A stretch of DNA of 64,000 bases from Candidatus Iainarchaeum sp. (GTDB lineage Archaea > Iainarchaeota > Iainarchaeia > Iainarchaeales > GCA-2688035), in assembly GCA_017610175.1 (NCBI GenBank), contig JAFCCO010000002.1:1-64000 (forward strand), read 5' to 3'. Both the position numbers and the translations under genes were made by a program. This document shows, piece by piece, positions 57,847-64,000 of the stretch. The number at the start of each line of letters is the position of its first letter. Position 1 is the first letter of the stretch. The notes beneath the pieces are model-generated. The model saw only the letters and a program-made list of their open reading frames with translations. It was not told the origin of the DNA and ran no database searches.

Positions 57847-58179
57847 TTAGCTTTTAATTACCGTGCAAACTTTTTCAATTACCTGTTTTGTTTTATTTTT
57901 TTTCAAGGAACCGATTTTGTAATTAATGATTGAATTGTCTGCCGTGAAAATTTTGTTTGGCCTTATATTGCTGTCTTGTTTCAATGTTCCTTTCTTGAAT
58001 TCTTTTTCAGAGAGTTGAATGCAATAATTGTCGCTTGTGTTCCTACTTGTAATTTGGCAGAGAATTAGGTCGTCTCCCTGCAAATTTGTTAAGACCATAG
58101 CAGGTCTTCTCTTTGCCTTGCTTAAATCGGAGAAAGGAAATGGAATTACTACAATGTCTCCCTTTACAAATTTTTCCAT
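57847..58179 (-). CDS. PemK/MazF-family toxin
   Basis: GDIVVIPFPFSDLS.AKRRPA, CQITS. Confidence 0.9.
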   Translation of the reverse strand: MEKFVKGDIVVIPFPFSDLSKAKRRPAMVLTNLQGDDLILCQITSRNTSDNYCIQLSEKEFKKGTLKQDSNIRPNKIFTADNSIINYKIGSLKKNKTKQVIEKVCTVIKS

Positions 58180-58409
58180 GATTCTTCCTCTTCTTTTGAA
58201 AGCCAGTCCTTTGCCAGGCTTTTCTCTGAAGCTAGCAATGTGAATGCTTTGTCCTTTAGTAGCGGGTCAAGTTTGCTTAGAGTTGCTTTTCCCTCTTTTT
58301 CAATAAGCAGCAACTTGCTTCCATAGCCTACTCTCATTTCTTCCCTAATCTTCTTTGGCAAAACAACCTGCCCTTTTTTGCTTACGGTTATTATTTCTAT
58401 TTGAGTCAT
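58164..58409 (-). CDS. AbrB/MazE-family antitoxin
   Basis: VSKKGQVVLPKKIRE; C-terminal ASE.SLAKDWL..EEE..W; overlaps the toxin. Confidence 0.88.
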   Translation of the reverse strand: MTQIEIITVSKKGQVVLPKKIREEMRVGYGSKLLLIEKEGKATLSKLDPLLKDKAFTLLASEKSLAKDWLSKEEEESWKNL

Positions 58410-58441
58410 ATTGCTATTACTCTTGCAAACAATTTATAAAT

Positions 58442-58464
58442 GTAAGTTTAAACTTACTTGTAAG
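58442..58464. promoter_or_regulatory. Palindromic operator of the TA promoter
   Basis: Perfect 16-bp palindrome GTAAGTTTAAACTTAC plus overlapping CTTAC-TT-GTAAG beside TTTATAAA. Confidence 0.6.
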
Positions 58465-58465
58465 C

Positions 58466-60268
58466 TCACTCCCACTCGATTGTTGCAGGCGGCTTGTGCG
58501 TTATGTCAAAGAGAACCGAACCGATTCCCTCAATTGCAAGAACATCGCCCGAAATTTCTTTGAGTACGGCCTCTTTCATGGGATAAAAGCGTGCAGTCAT
58601 TGCCTCCATGCTTTCAACAGGCCTGAGAACAATGCTTTCCCCGTCTCCGTTAACGCGCAGCGGAAGCAGAACGGTTGGGAACTGCCAGATTTCCTTCATC
58701 AAATCGTGCTCTGCAATTTTCTCCATTGCAATTGCGTCAGCCTCTCTCAAAAGTTCAATTCTTCCCCTGTTTAGGTCTGCTGCAAGCAGTTCAACAGATT
58801 CAATTTGGGGCGGTGCAACAAGCTTTAGCACACGGTTGATTTCCCTGATTTCGTTGGTTATTTTGGTGCTTGCTTTTTCAAGCACTCCCCAGTCACTTTC
58901 CCCGCCGACCAAAACGCATGGGTGGGCATAAGTTCTTGCGTCACCCTGCACTCCAACGCTCTTAATGGGTAGAATTTTAACTCCTAAATCAAATTCTTTT
59001 GCAATTTTACCCGCTTTTGCCTCAATTTCTTCAAGAGAATTCTCTTTTCCGTCAGAGCAAAGGCACCTTATTGCAAGTCCCGGTCCGGGAAAAGGATGTC
59101 TCCAAACCATTTCGTGCGGCAAGCCAAGCTCCTCTCCGAGCTCGCGCACCTCGTCCTTGTATAGCTGGTCAAGCGGCTCGACAACAAGCCCTTGCTCAAT
59201 TAGTTCCACTATTGAGTCAACCCTGTTGTGGTGTGTTTTGATTTTTGCGGCGTGCTTTGTTCCTGCGGTTTCAATTGTGTCGGGGTAAATCGTGCCCTGC
59301 CCAAGCAGCCACTCCTCCGGGTCGAGTTCAAGCTTTCTCAATTCCCTGTTCTGAATTTCAATAAACTTTTCCCCAATAATTTTTCTCTTGCTCTCAGGCT
59401 CTAGTTCCCCCTTCACACCCTCAAAAAAATCTTCGCCCGCATTTACAACGTGGAAATTTCCAAACCCGAGCTTTTCAAGTTCCCGCTCAACGTTTTCACT
59501 TTCGTCTTTTCTCATAAATCCTGTGTCAACGTGCAGGGCATAAATCTTTTCGCTTCCAAGCGCCTTGTGCAGGAGAGCGAGCGCAACCGTGCTGTCAACC
59601 CCGCCAGAGGCGAGAAGGAAAACGTTCTTCTTGCCCACCTGTTTCTTTATTTCCCCACACTTTTGTGCGATGTAATTCTTTGTTGTCCAGTCCTGTTTGC
59701 ATCCGCAAACTCCTTTCACAAAATTTTCAAGCATTTTCAATCCGTTGGGTGTGTGCGTTACCTCCGGGTGGAATTGGAATCCAAAAAAGTTTCGTGAAAA
59801 GTTCGCCACCGCCGCATTTTTGCAGTCCGGAGTGCTTGCAATTACCTCAAACCCTTTTCCCAACCCCCCAACCTTGTCGCCATGCGACATCCACACTGTT
59901 TCTTTTTCCTCAAGCCCTTCAAACATTTTGTTTTCCTTTGAAACCTCTATCTCGGCAAGCCCGTACTCACGAACATTTCCCTGCTCCACCTTCCCGCCAG
60001 TCTGCTGTGCCATCAACTGGTGTCCATAACAGAGACCAAGAATTGGAATTCCAAGCGAAAAGATTTCTGGGTTGAATGGCGGCGCGTCTTTCTCATACAC
60101 TGAGCTTGGTCCACCGCTTAAAATTATTCCTTTTGCCTTTCTGAGTTTTTCTGTTGGGGCGTCTGGCTCAAGAATTTCGGAAAAAACGTGAAGTTGCCTG
60201 ACCCTTCTTGCAATCAGATGCGCATACTGCGCACCAAAGTCAAGCACTATAATCTTGTTTTCTTCCAT
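58466..60268 (-). CDS. guaA: GMP synthase (fused GATase and ATPPase)
   Basis: VLDFGAQY, GLCYGHQ, QFHPEV, SGGVDS, IKTHHN, KPPATIEWE; start MEENK. Confidence 0.96.
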   Translation of the reverse strand: MEENKIIVLDFGAQYAHLIARRVRQLHVFSEILEPDAPTEKLRKAKGIILSGGPSSVYEKDAPPFNPEIFSLGIPILGLCYGHQLMAQQTGGKVEQGNVREYGLAEIEVSKENKMFEGLEEKETVWMSHGDKVGGLGKGFEVIASTPDCKNAAVANFSRNFFGFQFHPEVTHTPNGLKMLENFVKGVCGCKQDWTTKNYIAQKCGEIKKQVGKKNVFLLASGGVDSTVALALLHKALGSEKIYALHVDTGFMRKDESENVERELEKLGFGNFHVVNAGEDFFEGVKGELEPESKRKIIGEKFIEIQNRELRKLELDPEEWLLGQGTIYPDTIETAGTKHAAKIKTHHNRVDSIVELIEQGLVVEPLDQLYKDEVRELGEELGLPHEMVWRHPFPGPGLAIRCLCSDGKENSLEEIEAKAGKIAKEFDLGVKILPIKSVGVQGDARTYAHPCVLVGGESDWGVLEKASTKITNEIREINRVLKLVAPPQIESVELLAADLNRGRIELLREADAIAMEKIAEHDLMKEIWQFPTVLLPLRVNGDGESIVLRPVESMEAMTARFYPMKEAVLKEISGDVLAIEGIGSVLFDITHKPPATIEWE

Positions 60269-60319
60269 AAAATAATCATAATGGAAAGGTTTTAATATCT
60301 CTTCCGCGTGAATTATTTC

Positions 60320-60928
60320 ATGAAACCAAGAGTTAGAAGAGTTGTTAAGAAAGGGCCTGCAAAGCGCAGGGTTCCGAGAAAGGCAAAGCCCAAGGCGGGG
60401 GCTGCAAAGGCTCCAAGAGTTAAGGGTTTGAAGAATCTTACCCACATGCTTTCAATGTTTGTGGGAAGTAAGGGTCTTCACGCGGCCTACAAGGACCCCA
60501 AAAAGGGATGGGTTATCAGGCCAAGAGCGAAGGGCATTGTGCTGGCTCCTGTTAAATTTTTGGCGGAAAGGCGAACAATGCTTGACCAGATGATTAAGGA
60601 AGGGCAGCAGCTTCAGGTTCCAAAGAATGCTGAAAGGGCAATTCTTAATGCGTTGAGGGGAAGAAGCCTCTCCAAAACAGAGGCCGGGACGGCTTCCGCT
60701 GCTCAGGGGCGGCTTAAAGTGGTTGAAACACGTGATATTTATTTTGATAAGCGTATTCCGCAGGTTTTTGGAGAGGGAAAAAGGGCAAAAGCAGCCCTTG
60801 TGGAACTGTATAAGGATGCCAGGCAGCAGCTTAGGGGCTTGCATGGCAAGATTAACCAGGTTGAGTATAATTTCAGGCTTGAGCTTCTTCGCCAGGCCGC
60901 GAGCAAGCTTCGCAAAGTCAATTTCTGA
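60320..60928 (+). CDS. Highly basic hypothetical protein
   Basis: Long ORF divergent from guaA with K/R-rich N-terminus; no recognisable motif. Confidence 0.6.
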   Translation: MKPRVRRVVKKGPAKRRVPRKAKPKAGAAKAPRVKGLKNLTHMLSMFVGSKGLHAAYKDPKKGWVIRPRAKGIVLAPVKFLAERRTMLDQMIKEGQQLQVPKNAERAILNALRGRSLSKTEAGTASAAQGRLKVVETRDIYFDKRIPQVFGEGKRAKAALVELYKDARQQLRGLHGKINQVEYNFRLELLRQAASKLRKVNF

Positions 60929-60991
60929 ACTTTTTTGCTTAGCCCCGCGCTTCCGGAAAAACTATTTAAAGAACTTTGGTGCTATATTAGT

Positions 60992-61070
60992 GCGTGTTGG
61001 GAGTTAAGGAGGTAGGCCATATCACAATGTGATTCCCTGGCTTACCTCTCTTACGATTATCCTCTTCTTT
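60992..61070 (+). ncRNA. Candidate small hairpin RNA
   Basis: TATTTAAA upstream; TAAG-GAGGTAGGCCA pairs with TGGCTTACCTC-T-CTTA, capped by ATCAC-AAT-GTGAT; pyrimidine tract follows. Confidence 0.35.
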
Positions 61071-61097
61071 TAGAGCCTTTTTATTGCAAAAATAGCC

Positions 61098-62615
61098 TTA
61101 TTTCATTGCAGTGCTGTTAAGCATCTTTTCAGTTGCCTTTACTGCGGCCATTACCTGGTCTGAGTCGACCCCGATTGTTTTGAAAACGGTTCCGTTCTTT
61201 TTCCAAACAATGGTTGTCTCAACAAGCGCGTCAGTCTTTCCGCCCGGTGGAATCCTCACCTCATAGTCAGTCAGCTGTGGCAGGCTTAAGCCCATTTTCT
61301 TTGCGGCAGGAGTTAATGCATTCATGAATGCGTCATACCCTCCGTCCCCAACCCCGCTGGTTTCAACCGTGTCTCCGTTTGATTTAAGTGTGAATGAGGC
61401 AGTTGGGGTTATTCCCTTTCCGCTTGTTACCACACAGTTAATTATTTTGATGCGCTGTGTTTCAGGGGTTTGCAGAACGTCCGAAACAATGTAGGGAAGG
61501 TCCTCGGGAGTTATTTTTTCCTTCATGTCCCCGAGCTTTACGATTCTTTCAAGAACCGCTTTTCTTTGCTCTGCAGTCAATTCAATCCCAAGCTTTTTCA
61601 GGTTCATTTCAAGCGATGCCTTTCCCGAAAGCTTTCCCAAAGCGTACTCGCGTTCCCGCCCAAATCTTTTTGGGAGTAATTTGTTTGCGTAAAGGTTTCC
61701 TTTCTTGTCCCCGTCTGCGTGGATTCCCGCTGTTTGCGTGAACGTATTTTCACCCGAAATCGGCTTGTTTTCTGCCAGCCTTTTTCCTGAAAATGTTTCA
61801 GCTATCTTGCTTGCCATGTATATTTTCTCTTCCGCAACCCTTGTTTCAAATTGAGTGTGGTCCTTTATTGCGGCGGCAACCTCGTCAAGCGGTGCATTCC
61901 CGCATCTTTCCCCCAGCCCGTTTAGCGTAACGTGCATGCCTGAGCAGCCGGCCTCTGTTGCCGCAAGTGTGTTTGCCACAGCAAGCCCGTAATCATTGTG
62001 TGCGTGGAAGTCAAATTTCATTTCAGGGAATTCTTTAAGCATTTCCCCCACAAACTGCGCCGTTTTTGTTGGGGAAAAAACCCCCAGCGTGTCAGGGAGA
62101 AGAACTCGTTCTATTGGAAGCTCTGAAAGCAGTTTGGTGAATTCAAGCACGTATTCCTTGCTTTCCTGAATTCCGTTGCTCCAGTCCTCGAGGTAAACAT
62201 TTACATTAAAGCCCTGCTTTTTTGCGTACTCAATTGTTTTTTTCGCATCCTCAAAGTGCTGTTCCTTGCTTTTGCCAAGCTGCTGTGTGCAGTGCTTTAA
62301 GCTTCCTTTTGCAAGCAGGTTAATTGTTTTTCCACCCGCCCTTTTAATCCAGTTAACCGATTCCTCAAAGTCCACAAAGCCAAGCACTTCAACCCTTTCA
62401 AGAAGCCCTTCTTTTTTTGCCCAGGCCGTTATTTTTTTAACCGCTTCAAGTTCGCCCTCTGAAACCCTTGCATTTGCAACCTCTATCCTGTCAACTTTCA
62501 GCTCGCTTAGGAGCATTTTTGCAAGCCCAAGCTTTTCCTCGGGTGAGAATGCGACGTTTTGGGTTTGTTCCCCGTCGCGCAGCGTAGTGTCCATTATTTC
62601 AACGGTTTTGCTCAT
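61098..62615 (-). CDS. cimA: Citramalate synthase (LeuA/CimA family, Leptospira/Bacteroidetes-like)
   Basis: DTTLRDGEQ, VYLEDWSNG, HAHND, QTAGIHADGDKK, IPPGGKTDA. Confidence 0.8.
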   Translation of the reverse strand: MSKTVEIMDTTLRDGEQTQNVAFSPEEKLGLAKMLLSELKVDRIEVANARVSEGELEAVKKITAWAKKEGLLERVEVLGFVDFEESVNWIKRAGGKTINLLAKGSLKHCTQQLGKSKEQHFEDAKKTIEYAKKQGFNVNVYLEDWSNGIQESKEYVLEFTKLLSELPIERVLLPDTLGVFSPTKTAQFVGEMLKEFPEMKFDFHAHNDYGLAVANTLAATEAGCSGMHVTLNGLGERCGNAPLDEVAAAIKDHTQFETRVAEEKIYMASKIAETFSGKRLAENKPISGENTFTQTAGIHADGDKKGNLYANKLLPKRFGREREYALGKLSGKASLEMNLKKLGIELTAEQRKAVLERIVKLGDMKEKITPEDLPYIVSDVLQTPETQRIKIINCVVTSGKGITPTASFTLKSNGDTVETSGVGDGGYDAFMNALTPAAKKMGLSLPQLTDYEVRIPPGGKTDALVETTIVWKKNGTVFKTIGVDSDQVMAAVKATEKMLNSTAMK

Positions 62616-62669
62616 GCGGATGCCCCCTTTGGAAATACTGGTTTGGTGGCTAAACAATTCAAGAAACAG

Positions 62670-62708
62670 TTATTGCGGAAGAATCCGTAAATCCCTTCTG
62701 TTTGCCAT
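62670..62708 (-). CDS. Candidate leaderless uORF before cimA (MANRRDLRILPQ)
   Basis: ATG about 24 nt after TTTAAAAA; Leu/Ile/Leu codons; ends CAA-TAA. Confidence 0.45.
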   Translation of the reverse strand: MANRRDLRILPQ

Positions 62709-62783
62709 AATAATCTTTTAGTTGCCCTGTTTTTTTAAAGCTTTGCACAGGGGCGTGGTCATTTCCTTTTTAGGTTCGGGGCA

Positions 62784-63311
62784 TTATACTGCGCGCAAAT
62801 CTATTACCCTGTCAACAAACATGCTTGCTTCCTGGATTAGTGCGTCCTGTTCCTTTATGCTCAGCGCGTAAAACAGTGCCTTTGTTTTGGTTGTTTTTAT
62901 TTTTGTGGTAGTGTTTGACAGGAACTTTGCAACAGGTGCCTTTTCCTGGTAAATTATCAGGTTTGTCAGAGAGTCAAAAATAAGGTAGTCGACTCCTTTG
63001 GCAAGCATTTCAGAAATTGCTATTGCAATTTTTGTAAGCGCCGCAGGGGACGAAACATATATGCATTGAGGGCTATCCTCAACCTGCCTAATTGTTTTTG
63101 AGATTGCATCCACAAACAGGAAGTTTGTTATGTTAATCTTCAGCTTTTCAAATTCTTCCTTTATTGCGGGGAAGGTTTTGTTAAGTGAAATGTAGGCAAC
63201 CTTCTTTCCACTGAGTTGTTTTGCGATATTTTCTGTCAGCGGGTTGTACTGGGTTCCCGGAACAAGAAGTAAAATTGTTTGGTCTTCGGCAAGTGCGGTA
63301 ACTACATTCAT
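62784..63311 (-). CDS. Degenerate KaiC/RecA-like domain protein (DUF835-like)
   Basis: YISLNK, FLFVDAIS, LIFDSLTNLIIY; no Walker A. Confidence 0.65.
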   Translation of the reverse strand: MNVVTALAEDQTILLLVPGTQYNPLTENIAKQLSGKKVAYISLNKTFPAIKEEFEKLKINITNFLFVDAISKTIRQVEDSPQCIYVSSPAALTKIAIAISEMLAKGVDYLIFDSLTNLIIYQEKAPVAKFLSNTTTKIKTTKTKALFYALSIKEQDALIQEASMFVDRVIDLRAV

Positions 63312-63313
63312 CT

Positions 63314-63673
63314 TTATGCCCCCGTTAGTTTCTTCACACGTTTCAAAAGGTCTTTAAGGTCAAATGGCTTTTGAATGAAGTCCACAATGTTTCCCTTTAT
63401 CAGGTCCTCTTTTTCAGCTTCCCCAACCCTTACAACCGTGAGGTATGCTATTTTGATTCCCTTTATTTCGGAGACTATTTCCCTTGTCGGCCTGCCGGGC
63501 ATCATTATGTCCATCAAAATCAGGTCCGGTTTTTCGGTTTCAAGCTTGTTCAGGCAGTCTTCCCCGCTTACTGCCGTAAGAACTTTGTAACCCTCTTTCT
63601 CAAGAATGGTTTTCACTGTGTCCCTAATGTCTGATTCGTCGTCAACAACCATTACAGTTTTCATTTTCAACAC
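63314..63673 (-). CDS. Stand-alone response regulator receiver
   Basis: VMVVDDE, PDLILMDIMMP, FIQKPF. Confidence 0.92.
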   Translation of the reverse strand: MLKMKTVMVVDDESDIRDTVKTILEKEGYKVLTAVSGEDCLNKLETEKPDLILMDIMMPGRPTREIVSEIKGIKIAYLTVVRVGEAEKEDLIKGNIVDFIQKPFDLKDLLKRVKKLTGA

Positions 63674-63769
63674 TCTCCGGTATTTGCTCTTTTTTTCTGG
63701 AAATATAAGCCCTTAATTTATATTAATACTTATCGTTTGATAGCTTACATGTATTTATGCAATTAGGGC

Positions 63770-64000
63770 CTATTTTTGTTGCAAATGCCATTTTGTGCCG
63801 TTTGGGGTGTCATCAATTAGCACGCCCTGCGCCGCAAGCTCATCCCTGATTTTGTCGGACTCTTCCCACTTCTTTTCCGCGCGCAGTTCTTCCCTTTTCT
63901 TAATCAGGCCAAGCAGTTCCTTGGAAAGTTCAGACTTTTCCTGCTCAAACTTAAACGCCTGCAGGAACTTATTCACCTGCTTGAGGAAATCGAGTGCGTG
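63770..64000 (-). CDS. cysS: Cysteinyl-tRNA synthetase, C-terminal end (partial)
   Basis: REELRAEKKWEESDKIRDELAAQGVLIDDTPNGTKW. Confidence 0.88.
   Translation of the reverse strand, partial: HALDFLKQVNKFLQAFKFEQEKSELSKELLGLIKKREELRAEKKWEESDKIRDELAAQGVLIDDTPNGTKWHLQQK

Overview
Archaeal chromosomal window, most likely from a DPANN lineage such as Diapherotrites/Iainarchaeota (inferred from gene content, not confirmed). It holds core informational clusters (rpl21e-rpoF-DUF655-ksgA; ftsZ-secE-spt5-rpl11-rpl1-rpl10-rpl12; rpl44e) and a pyrimidine cluster (pyrB-I-D-HAD-K-C...E-F) running into a LOG-family gene and AMP phosphorylase. It also holds glmS-GNAT-HAD/YvcK, a MacB-type ABC system, a complete trpEGDCFBA operon, a fused guaA, cimA, a MazEF-like pair and three tRNAs (Gly-CCC, Trp-CCA, Ala-CGC). 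No CRISPR array, transposase or integrase was seen. The most notable observations are: (1) the trp leader, where one promoter appears to drive a Trp-containing uORF, a second W-L-W-A-W uORF reachable by a +1 slip at CUU-UGG, an embedded atypical tRNA-Trp and a U-tract hairpin before trpE, with a similar Leu/Ile uORF before cimA, suggesting archaeal leader-peptide regulation; (2) an SMC with condensin-type heads but a central CPVC zinc hook and no recognisable hinge; (3) two unannotated structured RNA candidates; (4) a possible compact UDP-GlcNAc operon. All calls come from reading motifs by eye; no database search was run.
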